Shown here piece by piece: positions 10,504 to 22,908 of a DNA stretch of 64,000 bases. The stretch spans positions 124,001 through 188,000 of the forward strand of contig NW_021832124.1 in the NCBI RefSeq assembly GCF_006345805.1, given 5' to 3'. The notes beneath the pieces were generated by a model. It saw nothing but the letters and a program-made list of their open reading frames with translations, made no database searches and was not told where the DNA came from. The translations under genes and the position numbers were made by a program. Numbering within the stretch: position 1 is the first letter of the stretch; every line of letters begins with the position of its first letter. The DNA is from Octopus sinensis. Taxonomy: Eukaryota.

Positions 10504-11559
10504 TTAATAACAATTTTGTGGATTTTTAATTTTTTAACATGCTCTCAAAGTTAAATCCGTGATTTGGAATTCGACGGGACAATTCCTGGGCGTGGGAGCC
10601 TTCGACAAGACAGTTGTTGATTTCCCGCCACTTTTAAGGCTAGTGCCCAGTGACCTCAATCTAGCCACTTCTAAGACAGGCACCCGATTTTTGCAGTTTT
10701 CCCCGAGGACGTGTATCTCTTGTCAGTATTTGGAGCACTTACATTTCTAACGACTATTTTATAGCAGTTTATTCAAATTTCTACCAATAGAATACTAAAT
10801 TAAAAAATTATTGGAGCACTGGTGTTTTCTAAATTTCGGATAAATATTAGTCCGAATATTATTAACAAATGTCCTAAAAAATTTTCCTACATCATCAAAA
10901 CTAATGCTTGATGAGTCAACACGAATGCTTGCACTTTCAACGTTAAAGCTCGGAAAACCCCATAAAAATCATTTTTTAATCAGTAATTACAAATTAAAAA
11001 AAGATTAGATGCTAGCTAGGATATGTGGCTGAAAGAGTAGTCAAGATCTTAAGGGTCAGCTCAATGACGCCACACTGCGTATTGAATGGCAGTTTCAGCA
11101 GAGGAAGGCATCGAGATTTGCTGAAAGAGCCCGCTTGTTTTTTTCTGGTCGTTTGTTTTAGAAGAAATTCTTCTAACAATGTCAGTGAGGAGTTGAGTGG
11201 CGGCCTTACCGACGATCTCTGAGGTTTCGAAGGCAAGAGGGGCAAACTCAAAAGAGTCTGAAATACACGGATATTTACACTGGCAAAAAATTCGAATTAA
11301 TTATAATAGAATTAAAATTAAATTATCGAATTTTTATTTGAAAAATAAATTTTAATGTCAGAAGCACGCTTCGTGCTTGTTGTTTTTGTAGCAATATATT
11401 TTTGTTATATTTATAATTAAATTTTTTTGATATTCACAGTTAATATTTGTATTAAAATTAATTAATTGTATTTTCGATCTGTAGAATCTCTTATTATATT
11501 TGATTTTCTGCAATCTGATTGGTAATATTATACAATGATTTAATTTTTTTAATTCAAAT

Positions 11560-12130
11560 ATCTCTTCTTTTGTTTATACTACATATTATCTTATTTTCTC
11601 TGGTCTGATATGAGATTTCAACTACTTTTAAATTATCCATACACGTCACTCCAATCTCTATTAGCCATATCTGTTTTATTTTTTTGTCGTATACGAAAAT
11701 GTCCTGCTTGTTATATTGAATTTTTGATTCGGTAGGAACAGTAGTGTCATTTCAGCACGATTGTTGGTAATTCCTTTTTGGATAGAATGAGTCTAACCTT
11801 TTTGATTTTTTGAATCCAAATTTTCTGCATATGTGCATGTTATTAACAATTTCGTTATGTCGCTTTGTATAATCAGAATTAAACATTCTATTGCATGAGT
11901 TGCCAAATGGTCGACTGTCTTATTAGAAGTTTTGCAACATGGACATTTCAGAGTAAGGAGCTCTCACCTCATGAACTTCCTCCAATTATCGTCTGATATT
12001 TGTCCAAGCTTGACTAGAGGCAAAAGCCTCAACTCTTGAAGGAATGGGATTGTGTCATCAAATTTCTCTATGATGACTTTTAACCTTTCAAGATCATAAT
12101 TCATCCAGGGACATTTGTACATCTTTAAGA
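11560..12130 (-). mobile_element. Degraded R4-like non-LTR element (zinc knuckle + RLE)
   Basis: CPCCKTSNKTVDHLATH..DYTKRHNEIV..QIWLIEIGVT. Confidence 0.75.
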
Positions 12131-12137
12131 TGTTTAA

Positions 12138-12380
12138 TTATGACATAACAAATGGCATGAATCGACTCGACTGTCCCACTAAATTGTATAAATGACGGTG
12201 TACTGCAAACCCCAGACCATAGTGTCGACAAGTGCCGGCCAGTGTGATGTTTTCCTCAGTCGTCTTCGTATCTTGGAGACAGCAGACACTGACATGGTGA
12301 TTCCAGAGATCCCGTGCAAGTTGTTGCTGCTTGTAAATGAATTTCAGTCTTGTGGGGGACGTCGCGAAAGTTGTAAAACG
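12138..12380 (-). mobile_element. AP-endonuclease remnant of an RTE-like LINE
   Basis: KQQQLARDL..VCCLQDTK..CRHYGLGFAV. Confidence 0.7.
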
Positions 12381-12737
12381 CGAAAAAGACATATAACAGA
12401 CAGAGGTACGTCACCACCTCAATCAAAAATTTTTATATCGTGATTTACAAATATTCCGAGATGGAATCAATTTATAGAATATTCCTGTGTCATCCAAATT
12501 GTAAATATTATCCGACGAGTTACTCTGTGAAACTTCAAATTTTTTTAAAAATTGAAATGAAATAAGAGCGATTCTGCATCATTTAATATTGCATTTATCG
12601 TCCTCTTTGAGATTGTCTTTTTAAAGATTGTATAAAATCTGCTGCAAATTGTCTGACATGAAGCAGACATATTACTTTCTTTGTAACGCAATATTTCCAC
12701 TTTTGAGCAATTGTAAGTCTATACAATTTTCAGTTCA

Positions 12738-12900
12738 AGTTTGACAATTTTATATCAATTTTGACAATGTGATGTTCAATTTTGACATTTATTCCATCAA
12801 TTTTGACAATGAAATAAGAAATATTGACATGATATTTTTTACATTAGTTCGACAATGCGATATTCAATTTTGACATTTTTTGGATCAATTTTGACAAATA
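12738..12900. repeat. Cluster of caattttgaca direct repeats (probable transposon subterminal array)
   Basis: About 5 near-perfect caattttgac(a) units plus degenerate ttgaca copies at irregular spacing, next to the 3' side of a DDE transposase. Confidence 0.6.
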
Positions 12901-12930
12901 TTTTTATAACGGACACACATAAGGACTTTT

Positions 12931-13353
12931 CTATTCGGCTAAATCAAGATGTTGTATTCTCACGCCTTCAAAATTTCCTTGTTTTTTATGGATTGGAGCA
13001 TTATCCATATAAATAATTATTTCCTCTCCAGCTAAACTGTTAGATAATGCCGTCATAAAATTGCTAAATTTCGATTTTATAGATTCAAATCTCACAATTG
13101 TTCCATTGTCACCAATTGCCAAAATAACGTTAAGATTCACTCCTTTGCTTGCCCCTACTGGAACTATCGCACGTTTTTCTATATTGGATCGGCCGAATTT
13201 TTTTAACGTAAAAAGATTAAAATTTGTTTCGTCCAAATGTATTTTTCTATTTGTATTACGTTGATAATCCAATGAAAATATTTTTCTTTTTTCCATATTT
13301 TCCGGACTATTCCTAGAAATTAGTTCTCTTAGCAGCATTTTGTTGGTAATCAA
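12931..13353 (-). mobile_element. IS630/Tc1-like DDE transposase remnant
   Basis: IHLDETNFN..SKGVNLNVILAI..IYMDNAPIHK. Confidence 0.8.
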
Positions 13354-13438
13354 TCAATGACAATTTATTTATTTTACTAAATACTTATTTTGAAATAACT
13401 ATTTGAATACATCCTTTATTAAAAAAGAAACTAATTAA

Positions 13439-14005
13439 CTAAGTAATTTTACTAAGTCCAGAGCCTTCGAAGTGAGCAGAAGGTGGCACTCCACGCACCT
13501 CCTCCCCTTCTTCCTCCTCTTCTCTGGCACTGTAGACCTTCGAGAAGGTGCAGTCCAGCGCCTCTCGCTGACTAAACGTCAGGAAAGGGCTGGATCGGCG
13601 AGCATCAAACGAGACACTTTCCAGAGTCCTCTTAAGAACAGTTGACTGTATATAAGCCTGTAGAGACTTATCTACATCCAACTGTCTTAAGTACCGCTTG
13701 TGGTATTTGGTGACCAGTCCATCCCATGTCATCACACACGGGATGACATGGACTTTGCACTGGTGCATCAGTCCTAGCTCGTTTGCAAGGAGGTCATACT
13801 TCCTCCTTTTCTCCACTTCCACTATCTGCAAACGGTCTAGGCACGTGATGCCCACCTCCACGATAACAATCTCCCCGGTGACCTTATCGTGGACCACAAT
13901 GTCGGGTCTGTTGTGCTGGACAACAATCGAGGTGCGTATGGGGGTATCCACCTTAATGCACACCCGCGAGTTCTCACACACCGATTGAACTCGATGGGTT
14001 CGCAA
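13439..14005 (-). mobile_element. 5'-truncated R4-like non-LTR retrotransposon (RLE domain)
   Basis: NRPDIVVHDK..IVEVGIT..EKRRKYDLLANEL..WDGLVT..YIQSTVLKRTLES. Confidence 0.9.
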
Positions 14006-15713
14006 CTTAAAATAACTACAGTTAATTTATTTGAAAAGTCCAGAAAAAATTGATTTTTAATTATTGCGTCTGCTTTCAGTCGATTCTCCCCCTCTTCGAA
14101 CCCGAGCAAATGTCTTCGACGGGTACACTTATCCATTTTACAGGGCAGGCCACTTTTGTGGTTGTTCTCGAGTCCGATTTAATTGCATGCTTCGCCGCTG
14201 TAGGAAAGAGTTTATACTCCGGGCGCATGCTTTCCAATTTTTTCTAAATAATTTTTAAATAAAAACTTTATTTGCGTTAAATTTTTTTTGATTAATTAAA
14301 AAAAATACGAACTATTTTACGATATTCAAAGAATAAAACTGCCAGTTCTAGCAACAATCACTTTGAGATATTCTGGTTACTTCCCGATCAGCTTATCTGT
14401 TCTTAAGGTATAAAACTAGACCTAATTTTAATTGGATTGAATCTACAGAGAAAAAATTACTTAATTAATGGATTGTTCAAAAAATAGTCAAGAGATATTG
14501 CAACTAGACATTTCCACCGTCTGAAAAGCCTAAAGTTATGTTTGTTTTGTTTGTTTATGGCTATATGACTGCAAAAAGAATAAATATTTAAAATCTAGTC
14601 GGTAATTAAAGACTTAATACGGATTAAAAACAGTTAAACATCTGCTTACAAAATTCAGCAAGGATAAAAATGCTTAAAATTAACCCGAAGAAGGTTCTAT
14701 AGGAATCTATCCGAAAATAATGCTGCTAAATTCAACTTTAAATACTGAAAATTCATCAGTTTCTGAAAAAACGACTTGGGTATTAAAATGTAAGCTTAAA
14801 TTAAATGTAAGCCTCCAAATTCAATGTGGCTCCTACTTTGTTAAATTTAAATACTATCTATGCTGGAAAATGCGCATATGAAGGCTTTATCAACAAGACT
14901 TGACTTAAAAGTAACTGGAAAGAGTCAATGAAGAGAAAACTCGCTAAAATTAAACTACATTAGGTCCAAACTGATATGAAACGATAAAGAAATTCACTGA
15001 CGAAAAGTGTGACACTTTGTGCTCATATAGTTTCAAAAATCAAAGTACAAAAAATCAAAACTTAATTAATATGGTCTCATGTCAAATCATATCAGACATT
15101 TGAGATAAAAATATATAATGGGAAAATTTTTCTTTTATTTTCAAAAAAAACTTCGAAAAAAATAATTCATTCATTTTTTCCTCTCTGAACCACATTTTTT
15201 TTCTTAGAGATTGAAAGAGTAGATAGAATAGATATTTGTTTATAGTTATCTATTTGAAATTCAAATTTGGAGATATCTTGTAGTTGGGCTCTGATTTCAG
15301 CCTTCTCTTAATAGAAACGCATAAAAAATGCGTTTTAACATTCATGCTTTTCGATTTCTTTTGAAGCACGACCAAGCGGATATGTGCCATGGTTGCTTTT
15401 TCAATTCCAAATAGATTTTTTAGTAATTTGAACAATTATGTTCCATTTAAGCAGAACAGGAATTATTTTCTTGATAAACCATTCTCTACAACAGATAGGA
15501 ATGGGTGGATTTTCAGTTTATTGGGCTTCATAAAACTCTTGTAATTCCTTATACGATGAGATAGGACGAGCTGGTCACAAAATGAGTTACTTAAGAAAAT
15601 TAAGTCAATAAGGTTTATATGAGAACAAATGATCTTGTTGGGAAGTATCTCGTCTAATGCTCAGAAAAAAGTCCCTTCCTGATATTTACTGAGTGTTAAA
15701 CCTTTTTGTAAAT

Positions 15714-16310
15714 TCAGAAAAATAACCCAAATTTAAAATTTTTTATCGACTCGTCAGAATTTATATTTCTCAACGAAAACATCACACGATATCTTCGATA
15801 GAGATCCTCCTTGTCATCTAAAAAAATGTCGCCAAGTTCTCCCAGTGAATATTGTCCATCATCAAAGGGATATGCCGGGTCGATCGACAAATAATATGAA
15901 TCGGAAGGTCTTCTTGATCCTCCACTTCTTACAAAATTCAATCTATCAAGGGCCAATTGACACGTTTCTGCCAACTACAGTCCATTCAATATAAAGCTTC
16001 AATCAAATCAGATTTCGACATATTTTAAGGACACAAATAACTTCAGAGTTGATAATCCGATCGCCCCTAATGCCTCTGATGAAAGAAAGCCACATTTGTG
16101 TCTTGTTATTACATCTTGGTTTTCGTCCTTTAGGTTTTTGATGAGAACTTGTATGGCAATTGATTTTTGTGTTTGCCTAAAAACATAGGCTCATTCGTGT
16201 TTTAGAAAAATTGACTTATCAGAAAATAATTTTGATATTGCTTCGATTTTTTGTTCTGGAATAGTTCCTAGTTTAAGCAGAGTTGAAAATCTCTCGGAAA
16301 AGACATGATA
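15714..16310 (-). pseudogene. DOHH: Deoxyhypusine hydroxylase pseudogene/fragment
   Basis: IFLKHE*AYVLG..TRH..EALGAIG..AETCQLAL..LSIDPAYP..LYRRYRVMFSLRN. In-frame stop, and the last HEAT repeats are missing. Confidence 0.85.
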
Positions 16311-16739
16311 TCTGAAATTGGTGGAAAACTAAACTCGCGATAAAGTTGGGCGCAGCCAGGCAGAAGGCATGGAAAGATTTGACCACATAAACCCAAACTT
16401 CTGGGACAGTTTCAAATAGGTGAAAATCTCGGAGGAAAATCCTCTCCGCAGAGGTTGTGGAATCAATTCGGCATTTTTGCTTCGACGGATGAGATTCAAA
16501 ACATATTCGCGGAACACTTGGCGAAAATTCAAAAAGCCTGTCTACGAACGTCGTAAAGTCGGGAGGCAGAGCCATTACCTTCGCAGACGTGACTTAGGCT
16601 ATTTGTTCGGCATGAAACAACGCACTGGGCCATTAGAAGCTACTGATGCTGCTGTTCAAGTAAGCCTCAATGTTTTTGGCTTGAAATGGGGTCACGTTTA
16701 AAAAGAATGAAAAATGTCTGAGGTCCAGATTATCAGAAA

Positions 16740-17350
16740 GCCTGCAAAAGTCCCGTCTCAGTCCGCTTCTATTCAACTTGGTGATGAGCAGTTCGCCTCA
16801 CTTCAATTTGCTCGTTTTGGACACTTCGATAAACACAAATGCCTTCAAATAACGTCTTTCCATTTACATTGAGGAGATAAAAGAGTGGATCAATAAGCGG
16901 CTCCCTTTGGCCGTGGACAAATCTGCCTATCGTCAAATCAATGCAAGAAAATCACCAGATCAGAGACCGGGGCTTCTGGCGGAAATGGCTCCCCCTAACT
17001 GTATACGCTACCTGGGGCTCACAAATGATGCTAACTCGAAATACTATTTGCATATCAAGCAGAAAAGAGGAAAAGCCATTACTGCTTTCAGCCTTTATAC
17101 GACTGGATCAAAGCACCTTCATGCTCGTTTTCCAAGAAGTGATCTCAAAAGACCGACGACTCCATCTAGCACGACATAGATGTAGAAAGAGGATCTCCTA
17201 CCTTCCCTTAATCACATTACCAATGAAAAATCTCCATTATGTAAAACTCTTCCGAAAACAAATGATGTGCGGTGAGAGGCTGAAAATGGGAACTGGGCGA
17301 ACCAGATATTCCCCACCTCTCTTTGGATCCGGAAGGCTGTATTGAAGATT
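16740..17350 (+). mobile_element. Degraded LINE reverse transcriptase, 3' half
   Basis: LSPLLFNLVM..VDKS..IRYLGLT..LHIKQKRGKA. Confidence 0.6.
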
Positions 17351-17607
17351 TGGAGGCTAATGCTGATCGGCACAGACAGTTCCCTCTTTCCTTGGCTTCT
17401 CCATTCGATTAGTTAGCTGTGACTGTTTGTGCTAGGTTTGCTATGCAAGCTTGGGGGGATAATAAATGAACCATTAAAGATACCGTTTATTCGTTTAATG
17501 TGATCAAAAATAGGCTGAATTAATCCATTTCCACAAAATATTTTGATACGACAATAAAATAAGGAAAAATACAAAATGCTCAAATATTTGTATTAAAAAT
17601 AAATTGT

Positions 17608-20357
17608 TTACGAATTGGCAGTCATATTTGCAACTTGAGTTTTCCTCATTTCAATTCCAATCAGCAATTCAATCTCCTCGATTGGAACACGGACTCGAAT
17701 ACCCTTGTCGGACATGACACCGACTACATCATCCAAGTTTTCAGGAGAATACTGCAAGTAATCCATGTACAAGTCCTGTGAGAGTGACCCACATTAGTCA
17801 ACCTTACACCAAGGACATATCTGAATGGCTCGGTAGTAGACTGATTCCAAATGTTTCCTCGTGCCATGATCATTCTACAATAATTGCACTCCAAACCTCA
17901 AATTTCATGAAAGCACGCCAAATGAGAGGAAATGAGCGAGATTGAGGAGACATGCAGTAATCATTAAACAATTTACGGATTCGATTGACCAGTCCAGGTC
18001 GACTCGAATCCTTCAGGAATTCCATCTCATACAAAATAGACATCATGATGGTTTTAACAGAGTGAACCAAATGCCAGGAACTGAGGAACATATGTCTCGC
18101 TCTGTCAAATTATAAACAAATTTAGCACCTTTGAATCCCAAAAAACGACGAATTAAGCTCCACAACAAAGTTCAATAAATACAAATCGTCGGGAATAATC
18201 GACAGACATTGCAACAAAATGGAACAAGATTTTGTACAAGTCATTTTACGATGAAAGTAAAGACTGCGGACAAGGGCAATGAAATGTCGAACAAGTGGCT
18301 TCAAATGAGCATAATTAGTGATATAATTCATATAAATATTGTGACAACTCTCCCACCCATCCACCAACAGACTGAACAGTCCATGACAGTGACATAACAA
18401 AATATCACTCACATTTGGAGACAAATTGGAGAATATTCGACCAGTCTGGAGAAGACCAGTGGACATGCTCCCACCAGTCAGAATACTCGACACTGAGGCT
18501 GACAGATTAGTCGGGACACATGTTTTCTCAGCATTATAAATCAAGGCTACAACACAGAGACCCTCCAGGGCTTTGTCAGTGTTCCACCTCTCATTATAAT
18601 CCCCCCGTTTGTAAAAGAGGGAAGTAAACCCCAATTCCAATTCGACCCCCAAAGTCACAAAATTGTAGAGATCAGACACATTCTTTAGTCGATCGACAAA
18701 CCCACAGGTCACTGATCGGTAAAGTTTTCGAGCCACGTTCAAATTTTCATCACAAAACTCACAAAACAAGTAGAACGTATAAAATGGGAGTGAATTCCGG
18801 AAAATTGGTTTACTTAACAGTTTTTTGGCCATTTGCTTCACTTTAGTCGGTCGGAGACCAGCAGAGTCAGCAGAAACAAACTCCCTGAGCAGAATATTCA
18901 GATAGAGGGGAGTAACACTGTCCACATGGGTTTCCAAAGAGTCGAGAATATTAAAAACAAATCTCTGCCACCCAGTGGGGACAGTGTGGTTCAATTCAAG
19001 ACGAGAAATGAGATGATTGGAATACATCACATCAAAAGCATTCTCAGAACTGAGGAGTGGAGGGTCGAATAGGAATTGTAATGTGGACAGTAAGACTGAT
19101 ATATACTTTTGTGTTCTCAATTGGCAGAGAACTGGCTGTATGTCTTGGAACGACACAATACGGTCAACATCCTCACATTCATCGGCCACTTCATATCTGG
19201 AGGAGGGTATCCAGTGACTCCGATCTCGCAGTCCTTCGAGGTACAACCAGAGCCTTTCTCGACTAGCATCATCACTCATAGGCAATTGTTCAGTCACTAC
19301 CCTACTAATCATATAATACCTTCCATTGGAGTATAAACAAGATTGTTCGAAGAGTCAAAGTTATTCCACCCAGGAGAACATTCCAGTCCAATAAATGGCA
19401 CTTCCGACTGAAAGAATTGCTCAAAGTGAAGAATATGTTCTGGACTGACCGTCTCCCCCAGACAGGATGGGACACGCAGATTAAATTCAACCAGACTTTG
19501 TATGAGTGTGACTGCCCTTTCCAAGTACCCAGCACTCACCAAGAACTCAATATAAGAAATAAGCAAATCTACATCCATAAAAATGCTATACCGAATAAAA
19601 GCGTGTCTTGTGAGTCCATCTGCCTCCCTCTGGTAGTCAGGAGTGTGGAAAATGCCTTTTCATATAGTCGGACTGTCCTGGCAACACTGAAATCACTAAC
19701 ACTACTACTCTACGACTAGATTGACAGCACTACCTTGACAAATTGGATATATCTGTGCCAAAATAGAGGCTGATGTGTCTGAGATAACAATAGTTGGTCG
19801 TATTGTCGTCGGACGGTCACATGGTCTTGGATTTGAGGCATTAAAAGCAATCTGTCGAGTAATAATTCCAGGTTTTGAGGATTGCTGTGAATCGCTCTGT
19901 CAAAAATGGCCACTTTCCTCTCCACAAGGCGACGATTATTCATTCCTGATTGTTCAGAACTATCCCAATGTCTCATATCCTCAATATCCTGCTGTCTGAC
20001 TAGTTCCATCCATTTTTGGATGTCTTGGGGAGATTCGAGGCAATCTTTGTTCAGTTTTTGGCAATAAAGTGACATTTGGCCCTCATTTCGAATTACTTTC
20101 TCCCAATTTGATGAAAAATATCGGAAATGTTTAGGAACCAGGTCTTGTGATGTCGTGGGGGTTTTGAGGGTCTTTGATTTGGCGGGAATCTTGTAGTCGG
20201 GGATGTCATATTTGTAGATTCCTCCGAGGTTTGATTTTATTCCCTTTTTGTTGATTTCGTAATCTTCTGGTTTGTCAGCTAAAGGGACTGTTTGTGTGTT
20301 TTTTAATTGTCCTTTTACTCGGGATGGAGTATAACTGGTGTTTACTAGCCAATTCAT
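17608..20357 (-). CDS. NRDE2: Nuclear exosome regulator NRDE2, multi-exon
   Basis: MNWLVNTSY; LNKDCLESPQDIQKWMELV; FLVSAGYLERAVTLIQSLVEFN; FIWRAFMKFE; C-terminus SDKGIRVRVPIEEIELL. Introns such as gtagtgctgtcaatctagtcgtag (24 nt) and gtatagcatttttatggatgtag (23 nt). Confidence 0.9.
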
Positions 20358-20649
20358 GTTTGGAATTTCTAATTTAGTATTTAATGTTTAATACCTGAAC
20401 TTATTGGATCTGATTCGTTGTCACAACTCATGGCACCACAAGAACATTCTTTAATTAAACTTTTTTTATTTTAAATAATTATGAAAAAATATATATTATT
20501 AATACACTTATTAATTATGAGTGATTCAGATTCAATAAATAAGTTAAATGGACTTGAGATTATTTTTCCACAGAAAACCATTTGATTTTATGTCAGATTG
20601 TAAAAATTTCTACTTTGTCAAACCTAAAATATTATTTTAAATATTTAGC

Positions 20650-20925
20650 GAAATTTCAATAAACCAGATATTTTTGTCCATGACAAGATGAGGAATACAA
20701 TTACACTCATTGAAGTTGGTATTACCTCACAAAATTGCCTAAAGCAAATTGAAGTGGAAAAGTTCCACAAATATGACCTTTTGCAAATGAATTAGGGGCG
20801 ATTCATCGGGCTAAAGTGAAGATAATCCCTGTTGTACTTACTTGGGATGGAATCGTCTCAAGATTCTTCAAAAGTCATCAGGATTCTATCGCAGTGGAAG
20901 ACAGAGAGAAGGCATATATCCAAAA
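20650..20925 (+). mobile_element. R4-like RLE-domain remnant
   Basis: NKPDIFVHDK..LIEVGIT..EKFHKYDL..VLTWDGIVS. Confidence 0.85.
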
Positions 20926-21138
20926 AATGCTATTACTTTACTTTTTGTGTATTTCATTTGCAATTCCATGATATTATTTAATTTAGCAAAATTTGTGAAC
21001 TAAATCATAGTTCCTGTTTATTAATTGTTCAATTATGTAATTGTTTTTATTAATAAATTAATTTAATTTATGTAAGGAATTATGTAAGAAATTACGTTTT
21101 AGAAAATAATAAAACCCGACTTGTGACGTTTTTTAGAA

Positions 21139-22163
21139 ATGGATTCTTTTTTTAACCCAGTAGTTTCAAACTCTAAAAATTTGTACATTCCTAATTATTT
21201 TTACCCCACTGTTGATAACCAATATATTTCCGATTTTTATCTAAATAATTTAAACTCGGTCAATTATTTTGAAACTGTTCCTATTAAAATGTCAAACAAC
21301 GTATTTGCTTCATTCGATACTCCAAATAACGGTTCTTTCTTATTCCACACCGAAAGGCCAATAAATCATTTTTCAGGATTCAATCACCCTGAATTTATGT
21401 TTTACGACAATCAACAAGAAATTGGAAATTCTTATTGTCCCTTTGATGGCTGTATATATAACTCTTCATATATTCATCCTTCCGAGGTTCATTATGACGA
21501 TGTGTTCTGTCCTTCTGAAATTCAGATTAATCCTTATACATATCCGCAATTTTATAAACCTCATATTATCGACTATCCACAAACAAATAGACAACCATCT
21601 CCTTTTTTGAAATACAAAATTCAATCTTTACCAAAAACTTCACAAATAAATAAAAACTCCACTATTTCATCTGAAATCCAAACCCCCTCTAAAAACATTG
21701 ATTTAATCCCAAGTACTTTTACTAATAATTTGAAACAAGTTTGTGTCACCTCTGAACAGTTTGACACGAAAATTTTGAGTGAAAACAACCGTTCTCCTAC
21801 CAAAATAAACTTTAAAGACAGAAAGCCGGCCGAATTATCAAATAAAGATCAAAACAGTTTGGCAAAGTAATATTTTTTGATACTTTATTGTTTAGGATTG
21901 AAAAGAAAAGAAAAAATGCACTTCGTATGAAAATTCTACGACAAGAAGAACACAAACAAATAAATGAATTAAAGAAGAAGTTGAATATCACCAGTAAAAC
22001 CCAAGTGGAAACCTTAACAAAAATAGCCGCGGGATTGGAACAGACAAAAGAAACAGTTATGGAAAATATGCTGCATTCTTTTATGAAAATGGGGGCTTTC
22101 ATAAATGAGATACACGGAAATAGCCACGATGAATACAAGGACAAACAGGACTTATTTTTATAA
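21139..22163 (+). CDS. Divergent bZIP-like transcription factor (2 exons, 331 aa)
   Basis: A 29-nt intron at 21867-21895 (gtaatattttttgatactttattgtttag) joins the two ORFs in frame. KIEKKRKNALRMKILRQEEHKQINEL has N-x7-R-x9-L spacing. The N-terminus is low-complexity N/S/P/Y/F. Confidence 0.6.
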
Positions 22164-22398
22164 TTAGTTTTGTTATTTGCGGTCGTAGATAAAATATTAG
22201 ATGTGTATAAAGTTTTAAACTACTTAATGAGTGCCTGAATGGATAAGATCACTATTTGAAATCAGATCAAAACAACAAATATTTGTAATTGATTAAATTC
22301 AACTTATTTAAGCGAAACCAACAACAAAGTTAAAAAAACAAGAAATAAGAAAAGCTATTTTTTAAGAAGCCAATCGATACTGAAGACTGGAGGATCGT

Positions 22399-22908
22399 CT
22401 AAAATATAATTTTATTTTTGTCAAAAATACCGTTTTTGTCATCTTTCTTATACTCTTTATCTTCTTTTTGATCTTCGTCGCATCTCTTTTGATCTTTTTC
22501 TTGGTCTCGAAGTGCTTTTGGTTTTCTGTTGACACACACTTTTGGGATTTCCAAATTTCTCATAAAATTTGTATATGTCCGTCTTTTATCGACGACATCT
22601 GATAAAATAATTGTTATACTAATCAAACAATATATTTGGCAGTCATCAGTTGTGATAGGGTCTGGTAGTCTTATAAATTTGGCTCTTGGATTATCCCATT
22701 GACGCATAGCTTCTCTCTCGATATCTAAAAACGCATCCCAACGTTTGCCCCAAATGTCATCATTCATTGTATTTGAATCGTCCCATTCTCTCCACAGAGA
22801 TTGTCTTTGTGTCTCATTTTGGCTATTCCTGTTGATGTCTGACCACTCATCAGCTTTACATCGACATGGAATTCTCATGCAAGTACAGTTGTGATTATCT
22901 TCAGGCAT
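22399..22908 (-). CDS. Intronless orphan protein (169 aa; CxC..CxC N-terminus, Trp/Asp-rich core, charged tail)
   Basis: Intact ATG-to-stop ORF with TATAAATA about 34 nt upstream. No recognised homology. Confidence 0.55.
   Translation of the reverse strand: MPEDNHNCTCMRIPCRCKADEWSDINRNSQNETQRQSLWREWDDSNTMNDDIWGKRWDAFLDIEREAMRQWDNPRAKFIRLPDPITTDDCQIYCLISITIILSDVVDKRRTYTNFMRNLEIPKVCVNRKPKALRDQEKDQKRCDEDQKEDKEYKKDDKNGIFDKNKIIF

Noticed and set aside
3297-22908. Endogenous large DNA virus or Polinton as the source of the intronless TATA-driven ORFs
   Set aside because: No polymerase, capsid, packaging ATPase, protease or long TIRs are visible, and the bZIP-like gene has a host-type 29-nt intron.
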